DNA of 38,122 nucleotides from a virus (Duplodnaviria; Caudoviricetes). Where the stretch lies: positions 1 through 38,122 of IMG/VR virus record IMGVR_UViG_3300016654_000295. One strand, written 5' to 3'. The notes under the pieces are model-generated. The model worked only from the letters and a program-made list of their open reading frames with translations. It ran no database searches and was not told the DNA's origin. A program made the translations under genes and the position numbers. Shown here one piece after another: positions 1-8,006 of this stretch (the stretch's first letter is position 1; each line of letters opens with the position of its first letter).

Positions 1-717
1 ATGGAAGAATTTTCTGTACGGCATCGACGCTTTGTAGCCAACTACTTCGCTGGCAAGGTCAAAGAGCTTCGTTTTCAACTTGCAATTGTGGTTGCTGGCT
101 GTGACAAATCGCTTAGTACGTTCACAAGCGGGGGGGAGGTTTCGAGAGATAATCATCAAGCGGTCCTATACGGTTTCTCGGCATTTACAAATGTTATCCA
201 GACGTTGAAAGACGCAGTCAAGACGGTGACCAATGAACAGTTAGATTGGTCAAAAATAGAGCGACTTCGGCATGGTTCGTTTATGCGAAATGTCCGTAAT
301 GCTGCGACCCATGATGGAAACCCTGTCATCAGTGGATGGGCCGATGGACGTTATTTCGTGCCATCAAAGATCGTTCGAATAGATGGGTTTGGTAAGACCA
401 TAGAAATTCCAGCTCCTGCGGAAGATGTCAGAGCTATATGTTTGGATTTTGCTGAAGATTTTTGTCTTCTATTACGGGAGACATTGATAGCTGCGGGGGG
501 TATCGAGCACCTGAAAGGATCGAAATTTAGTATCGAAGAGGTGGAAGATGCATTTGCAAACTCCACGTTCATTCCCCCTTTTGCTAAGGAGCTTTTCGCT
601 CAAAATCGAGAAAAAATCGAAGCTGATCTCAAAGATTTACAGCATGATCCGATTGCCGATGCGGTCAAAGAATTAGGTGAAGTTATCCAATATTGCGATT
701 CGGTAAAGGGTGATTGA
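1..717 (+). CDS. Hypothetical cargo protein, possible HEPN-like RNase
   Basis: 238-aa AT-rich ORF convergent on the integrase; RNAATH matches Rx4H. Start lies at the window edge. Confidence 0.6.
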   Translation: MEEFSVRHRRFVANYFAGKVKELRFQLAIVVAGCDKSLSTFTSGGEVSRDNHQAVLYGFSAFTNVIQTLKDAVKTVTNEQLDWSKIERLRHGSFMRNVRNAATHDGNPVISGWADGRYFVPSKIVRIDGFGKTIEIPAPAEDVRAICLDFAEDFCLLLRETLIAAGGIEHLKGSKFSIEEVEDAFANSTFIPPFAKELFAQNREKIEADLKDLQHDPIADAVKELGEVIQYCDSVKGD

Positions 718-725
718 CGTCTGCG

Positions 726-754
726 ATGGCGGGGGCTAACCCCCCGTCATTTTG
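726..754. terminator. Intrinsic terminator between convergent genes
   Basis: ATGGCGGGGG-CTAA-CCCCCGTCAT hairpin followed by a short T run on +. Confidence 0.6.
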
Positions 755-1811
755 TGGGGCTTACAATTTCACCCACGCGGCGGTAGACCTTCTTGGTCAT
801 TTCTTCGGTGCTGTGGCCGAGCAAGCGGCTCGCGTGCGTCAGCTCGATCTCGCTGGCGGCTTTCGGTCGGATGTCCTTGAACTGGAATTGGCGGATCAGT
901 ACGGCCAGGGCTGCGTCGCCGTCGGCACCGGCCTTGATCGCGGCCTTCTCGCGGGCTTCGTCCCAGCGATTGCGCAACATCTGCTGGCTCATCCGTAGTC
1001 CGGATGTATTAGTGATCAGTTTCGATGTTTTTATGCCGTTGAGTGCTCGGCGCTCCTGTAGGTCGTTGATAAACGCACTCAGCCCTGACTCCACGCCATC
1101 TTCTTCCAGGCGCAGTCGCAGTTTCTTCGCGCTTTTTCCCTGTTTGACCATCAAGAACCCGGCGTTCAAATCAGTGGTTGCCACTTTCAGTACGTCGGCG
1201 GGGCGCTGGCCAGTCAAGTACGCCAGGTCCATAGCATCCTTGAGTTCCTGCACTGCCGCTTCGTACACCGCATTCCATACGATATCGCCGGCGTAATAAT
1301 CACGTGGTGTTTCCTTGTTGCGTCGAACGCCAAAGCAAGGGTTGGCGTTGCTGGTTAACCCCCACTCGCGCGCGATTGTGAACATATGCGACAGCAGTGC
1401 GATTTCGCGATTTGCCCTGACTTTTGCAGTCCTGGCGTCCCGATACTGCGCAACCACCTGGGGCGTTATCGAATCAATCGGGGCTTTCTCAAACGCTTTT
1501 CTGAGTTGTTTGAGTTCTTTCATATTGTCGGACTGGGTGCGCAGCCCTTTGGTGGGGATGATTTCCTTCAGGTACCTGTCGAACAAAAAGCCCAGCAAGT
1601 GGCTGGGCTTCGGTGGGGCTCTTCGCTCCAGCCTTGCCCATTCCACTTTCGCCTGGTCCAGGTCGCCGCCAAGTGGGATTTCCTTTCGCTTGCCGTTGGC
1701 GTCCCTACCGTTGTAGTAGTACCCAACCCAGATCGTGCCGTTCTTGCGCGGCTGACATCGTCGGATCATGCGCGGGGGTAGATCTCGGTTGGCTATCGAT
1801 TTCTGGCGCAT
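747..1811 (-). CDS. int: Phage integrase, tyrosine recombinase
   Basis: YLTGQR box I, FKDIR and LLGHS...VY box II, N-terminal arm-binding-type region. Confidence 0.95.
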   Translation of the reverse strand: MRQKSIANRDLPPRMIRRCQPRKNGTIWVGYYYNGRDANGKRKEIPLGGDLDQAKVEWARLERRAPPKPSHLLGFLFDRYLKEIIPTKGLRTQSDNMKELKQLRKAFEKAPIDSITPQVVAQYRDARTAKVRANREIALLSHMFTIAREWGLTSNANPCFGVRRNKETPRDYYAGDIVWNAVYEAAVQELKDAMDLAYLTGQRPADVLKVATTDLNAGFLMVKQGKSAKKLRLRLEEDGVESGLSAFINDLQERRALNGIKTSKLITNTSGLRMSQQMLRNRWDEAREKAAIKAGADGDAALAVLIRQFQFKDIRPKAASEIELTHASRLLGHSTEEMTKKVYRRVGEIVSPTK

Positions 1812-1814
1812 TGA

Positions 1815-2075
1815 TCAGCTCACGTTCGCCAGGTCGAGCGTCCAGGTTTCGGCCGCTGGGTTCACCGCAGAAGGGGTAACGCCCGCCAGTCTCATTCGGG
1901 CATACACTCGGCCCACGATTGGGCGGCGAGCACCAGTCAGAACATGTTCCCAGTTGTTGTCGGTCAACCACTGGATTTGCTTGGACGGGATCTGATAGCC
2001 GGTGATGGTGGCCAGCTCTTCGTCGGCCAGGGTCTCGCTTTGGAATTCCATCTTGTTATGGGTGGTGTTGTTCAT
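1815..2075 (-). CDS. DUF4224 family excisionase-like protein
   Basis: LADEELATITGY...QIQWL...RPIVGR pattern directly upstream of int; GAGGG RBS before ATG at 2075. Confidence 0.8.
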   Translation of the reverse strand: MNNTTHNKMEFQSETLADEELATITGYQIPSKQIQWLTDNNWEHVLTGARRPIVGRVYARMRLAGVTPSAVNPAAETWTLDLANVS

Positions 2076-2085
2076 GGCAAGTCCC

Positions 2086-2967
2086 TCATTCGCCACAGAA
2101 GCAGACGATCGCTTCGTCGTGGTCGGCGAACATGTCGAACTGGGTGTCGGAGTAGTCGATCATTTGCTGATAGCTGGGACGGTCGAACCGAAAGCGGGCG
2201 CCGTCGCCGGTGAACCTGCCGCCAGAAACCACCTCGCTTTCCATCCTGGCCCACCATTCCGCCTTGGGCCGGTCGCTGGCGATGATCGAGTAGACCTGTT
2301 TGGCGCCCTTGAGGAAGCAAAGGTCGCAGTTGCCTTCCAGAGTGCGGCCGTTGATTGTCGCCAACATCAGATCAAATGGTTGGCTGGACCAGAAGTCCGT
2401 CACGTCCTGCACGCCGACACCTGCATCCGCCAAGGGCATCACCATCGTGGCCCACTTGCTTTCGCTGGTGCTTTTGCGGTGCCTGATCTTCACGACCCGA
2501 TGCGGCTCGTCGGCGCGTATGCCTATCATCATGTCCACCGGCGCCGTCTCGGTCGAAAGGCCGAGGCTGCGCAGGTACTTGTGAATGATCCTGATTTTGA
2601 GGTCGATTGTGCAGAACCTGGTGACCGGGTTGGGCAAGTACTTACGTTTGTGTATTAGCGCTTCGAACGGCTCGCCTTGGCGGCTGGCAGTGGCGTAATC
2701 CACCACTGCAAAACCGGCGTCATCGTCGCGAAACTCCAGCCATACAATGGGCACTACCCAGCGTTCGGCGCATTCCCGGACAAACTCCAGGGTGGCCGGG
2801 TGTTCCTTCCCGGTATTGGCGAAGGTGACAACCAGATCGCTCAAGTCATCGTTGTTGTCCAGCACCTGGCGCAGCATGTAGGCGCTGGTACGGCCGCCGG
2901 AAAAACTGACTACGGTGGGCCCAGACAGTGAGTAATGCGTCTTTGGGTGGGGGGCTGCGCAGCTCAT
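2086..2967 (-). CDS. PAPS-reductase-like (PP-loop) protein with Cys cluster
   Basis: SFSGGRTS PP-loop, FANTGKEH, RFCTIDLK, GIRADE, GNCDLCFLK, C-terminal CFC. Start inferred from ATGA overlap with the upstream gene. Confidence 0.85.
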   Translation of the reverse strand: MSCAAPHPKTHYSLSGPTVVSFSGGRTSAYMLRQVLDNNDDLSDLVVTFANTGKEHPATLEFVRECAERWVVPIVWLEFRDDDAGFAVVDYATASRQGEPFEALIHKRKYLPNPVTRFCTIDLKIRIIHKYLRSLGLSTETAPVDMMIGIRADEPHRVVKIRHRKSTSESKWATMVMPLADAGVGVQDVTDFWSSQPFDLMLATINGRTLEGNCDLCFLKGAKQVYSIIASDRPKAEWWARMESEVVSGGRFTGDGARFRFDRPSYQQMIDYSDTQFDMFADHDEAIVCFCGE

Positions 2968-3509
2968 GCCGTGTGCCTCCGACGGTGATCGCTTTGCATC
3001 AAGGCCATCAGTTGCGAGAAGAACATCATCGATGCGGAATCCGCTGAAAGCGGGACGATGTTTTCCTTCATTGGTTGAACGCCGCGTAGGCAATCCCGGA
3101 TGCCGGGGTGTTCAGGCATCAAGTCGCGCCGCTCAGTGGCCAGGGCCACCATGTCGGCTTGTTTCACGCAGGCCGGGAGGTCGGGCTGGATGCTGAACCG
3201 TTCGCATACGGCGAGCCATATCTGGCGCTCGATCACCTGGTACTCGGGCATCACGGCCTTGAGTGGTCGGGTCATGTCGCCTATGTAGGCTTCGGTTGCG
3301 TCATGCAGTAGCGCCGCCAACTGGTGCTCAGCGGGTACCAGGCTGGCAACGATCATGCTGTGCTGCGCCACGCTGTAGTGCGTCCGGGTGTGTCCGTTGA
3401 AACGGCAGAGACGCGACAGAGCGTGAGCGATATCCACCGGCCTGATCATGGGTGCGGTCGGGCGTAGCAGGTCGAACTGCTGGCCGCTTTGGGTGAGGAT
3501 CCAAGTCAT
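2964..3509 (-). CDS. HD-domain phosphohydrolase (YfdR/YfbR-like)
   Basis: DIAHALSRLCRFNGH, YSVAQHS, LLHDATEAY, VKQADMVALATERRDL. Confidence 0.9.
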   Translation of the reverse strand: MTWILTQSGQQFDLLRPTAPMIRPVDIAHALSRLCRFNGHTRTHYSVAQHSMIVASLVPAEHQLAALLHDATEAYIGDMTRPLKAVMPEYQVIERQIWLAVCERFSIQPDLPACVKQADMVALATERRDLMPEHPGIRDCLRGVQPMKENIVPLSADSASMMFFSQLMALMQSDHRRRHTA

Positions 3510-3856
3510 GCTTCGTCCTCCACGATTGGTTGTGGAGGGTAGGCAGCTACCCACATCTTTGCGGCGAAGGCAGTGAGCTGGCGCCGTTGCTGGGTTGCTT
3601 TGGTCTGCATTAAGTCGCTACCCGGGAACGCTTGCCACGTTTCAGTGGCGATGCGCAGGGTGGTGCCGATGTTGGTCAGTAGTTCGTGATCTTCAATAGT
3701 GCAGGTCGGACGGCTTGTTTGTTGTTTGCGCGCTGCGTGAAGGCCGTTATAAAGACCGCGTGCATAGGCTTTCTTGCTTGCTTTGATCAGGTAGAAGGTG
3801 GTTGCGAGCCAGCCGACCAGCAGGCCGAAGGCGATGATGTAAGTTTCGATTTGCAT
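3506..3856 (-). CDS. Hypothetical protein with N-terminal transmembrane segment
   Basis: GAGG RBS, hydrophobic N-terminus, ATGA coupling to the HD gene. Confidence 0.7.
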   Translation of the reverse strand: MQIETYIIAFGLLVGWLATTFYLIKASKKAYARGLYNGLHAARKQQTSRPTCTIEDHELLTNIGTTLRIATETWQAFPGSDLMQTKATQQRRQLTAFAAKMWVAAYPPQPIVEDEA

Positions 3857-3930
3857 GTGCTGTATGCCTCGATTAGAGCCCGCCGCCGGACAGTTTTGGT
3901 GAGAGGACGGCGGCGGGGTGTTGCAGGTGG

Positions 3931-4740
3931 TTAACCCAGGTTGAAGGTGCCGATAGTCAAGGTCGCGGAACCGCCGACTTCTTTTTGAACGACTTGTTTG
4001 AACTCTTGCGCCAGGTCTTCGCGCAGCTGTGCTTCGCCAATCCAGCGCAGGCGGAGTGCGGGTTTATCGCCGCCAGTCAGTACGGCTACGCGCAAGCGGA
4101 TGGTGCGTGCGGTCAACCCTTCGTAAGGAGCTACGGTGAACAGGAATTCAGCCGGCAGACCTTCTGAGGACTTGGCCTCGATCTGGTCCATCGCCGAACG
4201 GGAAGCGCTCATGTCGCCAACTACGTGTTCGCTCTTGCGTGCTTGCTCGATGCTGATGGAGCGAATCGCTCCGGCAGCCTTGCGCAGATCGATCTCTTTG
4301 TCGTCAGCGTCCAAGGCTTTCAGGTTCGGTGCCCAGTCCTCGATCCAGTCGCTGAGATCCTTCTGGGCGTGCTGGCGTTGTGCGGCGCATTCAAGTGCAA
4401 GGAACGCGGCAGTCTTCTTCAGGCCGAGGGTTGCGGTGTAATCACCATGACCCGGCTCCGCTGCGTCACCGAGGTTGAAGTACACCGTGCAGGCCATGGC
4501 GTCACCGTCTACAAAGCCCACAGCAGCTGGGCCTTTTGCAGCGACTACGTAGTCGGCGAAGTCTTTCAGCGAGTGGGTGGTCAGCGAGCCACGGAAGCGG
4601 CTACGCAGCTCTTGAAACTTTTCGATACTGTGGATCTTGACGTCGGCCGGCAGAGCCAGAACTGGCGTGAAGGTGCCCAACGATTTGGCGTGGGCGAGCA
4701 GGGCAGTGTCTTGAATCAGTTGAATTGCACGAGCTTCCAT
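3931..4740 (-). CDS. yfdQ: DUF2303 (YfdQ-like) protein
   Basis: RSRFRGSLTTHSLKDF, QKDLSDWIEDW and PYEGL motifs; synteny with YfdP- and YfdR-like genes. Confidence 0.8.
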   Translation of the reverse strand: MEARAIQLIQDTALLAHAKSLGTFTPVLALPADVKIHSIEKFQELRSRFRGSLTTHSLKDFADYVVAAKGPAAVGFVDGDAMACTVYFNLGDAAEPGHGDYTATLGLKKTAAFLALECAAQRQHAQKDLSDWIEDWAPNLKALDADDKEIDLRKAAGAIRSISIEQARKSEHVVGDMSASRSAMDQIEAKSSEGLPAEFLFTVAPYEGLTARTIRLRVAVLTGGDKPALRLRWIGEAQLREDLAQEFKQVVQKEVGGSATLTIGTFNLG

Positions 4741-4784
4741 TGGATCTATTCCTGTTTTGGTGAGAGGTATGGAGTGGTGAAGCG

Positions 4785-5135
4785 TTACGACTTGGCGTGA
4801 ATCGGTGCATCGTCGCGGGAGAACAACTGATCGGCGTGAGGTGTCTCAGGGAACAGCGTGAGGCAGCCGCCAGATCCGACATGCATAGGTGTGTCGAGGG
4901 TGGTGTCTTCGCTGCGACTACCGCGCTTGGTCGGTACCTTGTAGGCGAGCTTGTGATTGACGGTCACCTGACTGCTGTCGGCGATCTGTTTCAAGGTGAA
5001 GGTGAGCGTGACGGTGCCGACCTTCTTGTTGTCGACCACGCCCGCCGCGACTTCTGAGAGTGCGTGGCCGATTTGGTTGGCGAAGATGCCGGCATTCAAT
5101 TCGCTAATAAACTCTGCGGTATCAGTGGGTTTCAT
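4785..5135 (-). CDS. YfdP-like phage protein
   Basis: FISELNAGIF...ALSEVAAGV...PTKRG...DTPMHVG pattern; directly upstream of the DUF2303 gene. Confidence 0.75.
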   Translation of the reverse strand: MKPTDTAEFISELNAGIFANQIGHALSEVAAGVVDNKKVGTVTLTFTLKQIADSSQVTVNHKLAYKVPTKRGSRSEDTTLDTPMHVGSGGCLTLFPETPHADQLFSRDDAPIHAKS

Positions 5136-5195
5136 GTGCTGTGCCTCATTGGTGAGTTGCTGTTTGCCCCTGGGCGGCAGGGGCTGCCGTTTGAA

Positions 5196-5438
5196 TCAGG
5201 CCGCTTGCTTCGTCGCTTGGGCGTCGAGGTAGTCGGCCAGGTCGTGCAGGTAAACGACTGGCTTGGCGCGGGCCGAGCAGTGCAGCCGCTTGACCACCAG
5301 GGCGATCCGACCGGCCTTGATTTCGCTCAGCAAGTAGCGGTCGGTGCGGATGTGCGTGAAGTACTGTTCACGCACCGCGGTCAAGCTTGGGCACGGCGTG
5401 GCGAACTGGCGCCGGAGTTGTTCCAGGGTGGTGGTCAC
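5196..5438 (-). CDS. prtN: Pyocin activator PrtN family protein
   Basis: 80 aa with QYFTHI...IKAGRI...VYLHDLADYLD pattern. Confidence 0.75.
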   Translation of the reverse strand: MTTTLEQLRRQFATPCPSLTAVREQYFTHIRTDRYLLSEIKAGRIALVVKRLHCSARAKPVVYLHDLADYLDAQATKQAA

Positions 5439-5809
5439 GCGGATTCCTCCCCATACCCCTCCTTTCGGGGCACCAGCTTGAGGCGGATCAGTTCGGCGAG
5501 ACCTTCTTTGCTCTTGCCCTTGGCCGCTGCCAAGACGTTACCCATTGCGTCCGCAACGACGGCGCCGTAGGGGTATTCCGGGCACTTGACCGGGGTCACA
5601 TAGGCGATCTGGCCGTCAGCGATAACTGCGTCGACGCAGCGGAACACCTCGGCCAGCTCGACCGACACGCACGGCAATGCCTCCAGCAGCGCGACAGCTT
5701 CGGCCGAGGCGCCAATCAGCGTGGCGCGGCTGATCACCGTCGGGTGGTTGAGGAACATTGGCACCAGCTTCAAGGCGCCTACAGCGGAGTTGATGGCGTT
5801 CGGCTTCAT
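5435..5809 (-). CDS. Hypothetical phage protein
   Basis: 124-aa ORF with 4-nt overlaps to both neighbours. Confidence 0.75.
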   Translation of the reverse strand: MKPNAINSAVGALKLVPMFLNHPTVISRATLIGASAEAVALLEALPCVSVELAEVFRCVDAVIADGQIAYVTPVKCPEYPYGAVVADAMGNVLAAAKGKSKEGLAELIRLKLVPRKEGYGEESA

Positions 5810-6081
5810 GCTGCGGCGTCCTTCTTGGTGATGGTGATATCCAGCTTTTTAGCGATCCACTCGACCCCCGCTTCCTTCACCATCACGACGGCGTAATGCA
5901 CGGGCTTGCCGATCGTTGGGTTCCAGCGCACGCGAGCGTCCGAAAACAGGTAGCCGCGTTCGCGGTGAGCGCTGGCCAGGTCGCCTGATGAATTGATCAC
6001 GCCGAGTTCCCGCAACCTGGTGCGGAAGGCGCGGGGCTTGAGCCCGAGCAAAGCGGCGGTTTGATCCAGGGTGCGGTTCAT
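5806..6081 (-). CDS. Phage antirepressor KilAC (ANT)-like DNA-binding protein
   Basis: TAALLGLKPRAFRTRLRELG...ERGYLF...GVEWIAKKL pattern. Confidence 0.7.
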   Translation of the reverse strand: MNRTLDQTAALLGLKPRAFRTRLRELGVINSSGDLASAHRERGYLFSDARVRWNPTIGKPVHYAVVMVKEAGVEWIAKKLDITITKKDAAA

Positions 6082-6091
6082 GGCTGCGACC

Positions 6092-6673
6092 TCAGGCGGT
6101 TATATGTTCGGATTGCTGCTGGCTGCGGCGAACCATGAGGAACACCTCATCCAGCGAACGCAGGAACTCTTCCACCGTGCCGTAGTTGGTCAGCGTCAGA
6201 TCATCCTTATGAGCTGCAATCCCAGCCTCGCTGATATGCGGGTTTACGCCTTGTGCGTCGGGCCGAAAAATATGGATGACCGTGCCGCCGCGCCGACGAA
6301 TCAGGTGTGCTTCGTTTTCGAAGCGCACGTCGCTAATGACGAAGCCCAGCACCGCGCCCAGTGCCTTCGTCATGTAGTCGAGGTTCTGTTCGGCGAGCTT
6401 CACCCAGACATCTGGGTGCACGGTGTTGCGTGCCCACTCGGTGCCCATCGACTGCATCAGTTGACGGGGCGAGCAGTCCAGCCAAGCTAGTGGCTGCTCC
6501 TTGCGGTCGCCTTCAAAGTCGGTAGGGTCAAGGTTGAAGATCGCCATCAGGCCATCGCGGAGCGGATCGGCGAAGGCGTAGTGCTCCAGCAGGTAAGTAC
6601 CAACCAAGTGTTCGGCGGCGGTCGATTTGCCGGAGCGGGCGCGGCCGGTGAGGCCAATGAGGATCGGCTTCAT
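6092..6673 (-). CDS. Deoxynucleoside monophosphate kinase (T4 gp1-like)
   Basis: GLTGRARSGKST P-loop, FADPLR, PRQLMQSMGTEWAR, ISDVRFENE, HISE. Confidence 0.9.
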   Translation of the reverse strand: MKPILIGLTGRARSGKSTAAEHLVGTYLLEHYAFADPLRDGLMAIFNLDPTDFEGDRKEQPLAWLDCSPRQLMQSMGTEWARNTVHPDVWVKLAEQNLDYMTKALGAVLGFVISDVRFENEAHLIRRRGGTVIHIFRPDAQGVNPHISEAGIAAHKDDLTLTNYGTVEEFLRSLDEVFLMVRRSQQQSEHITA

Positions 6674-7005
6674 GCTGCGGCATCCATGTCGAGGTAGCTT
6701 TGGGTCCAGGCCAGTAGGTCTATTAGCTCTTGACGGGCCAACTCTTCGGTTATGCGCTCTGGAAAACGGTGGGTGGATGTGAATGCGGCAGACTTATGCG
6801 GATGTTTTGGGCGGTCCTTGGCATCGTAGTCGTAATTTGTCGGGCGCAGCGTCACGTCGATGTCGCCAACGTGGCCGGAGAGACCGTAGAAGGCATGCCA
6901 ATTGCCCTGAGCGTTGATCAAGAGGCAAGTGGACAGGATCTGCAGCATCAACTCTTCGGTGGTGGGTTTAGTGCTGGGGGTGTTGCTGTGCTGTGTCGTT
7001 TGCAT
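6670..7005 (-). CDS. Hypothetical protein, first gene of leftward early operon
   Basis: 111-aa ORF just downstream of the predicted PL; ATGA overlap with the kinase gene. Confidence 0.75.
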   Translation of the reverse strand: MQTTQHSNTPSTKPTTEELMLQILSTCLLINAQGNWHAFYGLSGHVGDIDVTLRPTNYDYDAKDRPKHPHKSAAFTSTHRFPERITEELARQELIDLLAWTQSYLDMDAAA

Positions 7006-7038
7006 GGTTCGTACTCTTTGGTGAGAGGAGTACGAGCG

Positions 7039-7098
7039 AGACTATACATACGTTTTGATATGGTCAATACGTTAGCGAATAAATATACGTTTTAGGAT
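7039..7098 (-). promoter_or_regulatory. Leftward early promoter (PL-like) with three operator-like sites
   Basis: Minus-strand TTGACC-N17-TAGTCT (7067-7039). Sites ATACGTTTTGATAT (7048), ATACGTTAGCGAAT (7067) and ATACGTTTTAGGAT (7085) resemble ATAC-N6-GTAT. Confidence 0.65.
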
Positions 7099-7206
7099 GA
7101 TTGAGGCGATGCCACTTTCGGGGAGGGCGTTACAGCTGGCGCTCAGTGGCTGAGGCGGGCTGTCAGATAGATCCTGGCGATCTGGGGTGAATAGTGCGCC
7201 GTAGGC

Positions 7207-7707
7207 TTATTTTGGAGGCCCTACGAATAGCAGTTTCACTTCGGACAGACGATAGGTGCTAAGCGTCTCAATAAGGTCGGGATGATCGTCGTAGATCTCG
7301 AAAACGTATTGATGGATGAAGCCTTGGATAGCCTGAGCGAGCAGCTTTTCTTGCTCAAGCGACGTGAAAGTTTTCGTGCCGACATCATCGACAACCCTTA
7401 TTTCCAGTTTAGTTCTTACCTTGGCGGGCTTGCTGGGCGGGCGTTTTGTAGCGATGGGGGGGCTATCGTTGCCTGTGCTGATCGGCTCTCTCGGTGAGGG
7501 GGCGGAGTCCTGTCTGCCGGTCCATAGCCAGGTTGCAGTGACAGATAGCGCCTTGGCTATTTTCTCGATGTTCTGCTGTCGGGGGCTCTGCGACTCGCCC
7601 GACATTATGCGGTGAATGGTCGGTTGCGGAACGCCTGAGAGGCGCCCGAGTTCCGTTTGCGATAGACCTAGCTCGGTCATTCGGTCGGCTATTCGTTTGC
7701 GAAGCAT
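7207..7707 (-). CDS. cI: CI-like repressor, XRE helix-turn-helix, no S24 peptidase domain recognisable
   Basis: LSQTELGRLSGVPQPTIHRIMSG HTH; divergent from cro. Start moved to 7707 because the longer ORF overlaps cro and the promoters. Confidence 0.85.
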   Translation of the reverse strand: MLRKRIADRMTELGLSQTELGRLSGVPQPTIHRIMSGESQSPRQQNIEKIAKALSVTATWLWTGRQDSAPSPREPISTGNDSPPIATKRPPSKPAKVRTKLEIRVVDDVGTKTFTSLEQEKLLAQAIQGFIHQYVFEIYDDHPDLIETLSTYRLSEVKLLFVGPPK

Positions 7708-7726
7708 CTGGGCACCCTGATTAAAA

Positions 7727-7773
7727 ATACACGACCGTATTCTATTGCATGGGTGTATACGTGTGCGTATGAT
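7727..7773 (+). promoter_or_regulatory. Rightward early promoter (PR-like) with operators
   Basis: TTGCAT-N17-TATGAT (7745-7773); palindromic ATAC-N6-GTAT at 7727-7740 and 7757-7770. Confidence 0.7.
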
Positions 7774-7803
7774 CCAAAACGAATAAACGCATTGGCAGCC
7801 ACG

Positions 7804-7998
7804 ATGAATATCCAAGAAATGCTGAAAGAGCTTCTTAGCCGAGGGCATACCCAGCGCGGTATTGCCGTCCAGATAGGCACCACGCAGCCAACCATTTTTC
7901 GGGCTGTCAATGGTGCGGATGTTAGATACGAATTAGGCAAGGCAATTGAGAATTTCTATACGCAAGAGATCGAGTCAGCTCGACTGAAACGCGCATAG
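7804..7998 (+). CDS. cro: Cro-like HTH protein
   Basis: 64 aa, TQRGIAVQIGTTQPTIFRA HTH, divergent from cI. Confidence 0.85.
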   Translation: MNIQEMLKELLSRGHTQRGIAVQIGTTQPTIFRAVNGADVRYELGKAIENFYTQEIESARLKRA

Positions 7999-8006
7999 AA
8001 GGTGCC

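Noticed and set aside
1-746. attL copy of the tRNA 3' end near the integrase
   Set aside because: No match to TTCGATTCCGACCTCGGCCTCCA seen; probably outside the window
2968-3093. N-terminal extension of the PAPS-reductase-like ORF
   Set aside because: Overlaps the HD gene; the ATGA junction supports a start at 2967
7708-7848. N-terminal extension of cI
   Set aside because: Overlaps promoters, operators and cro
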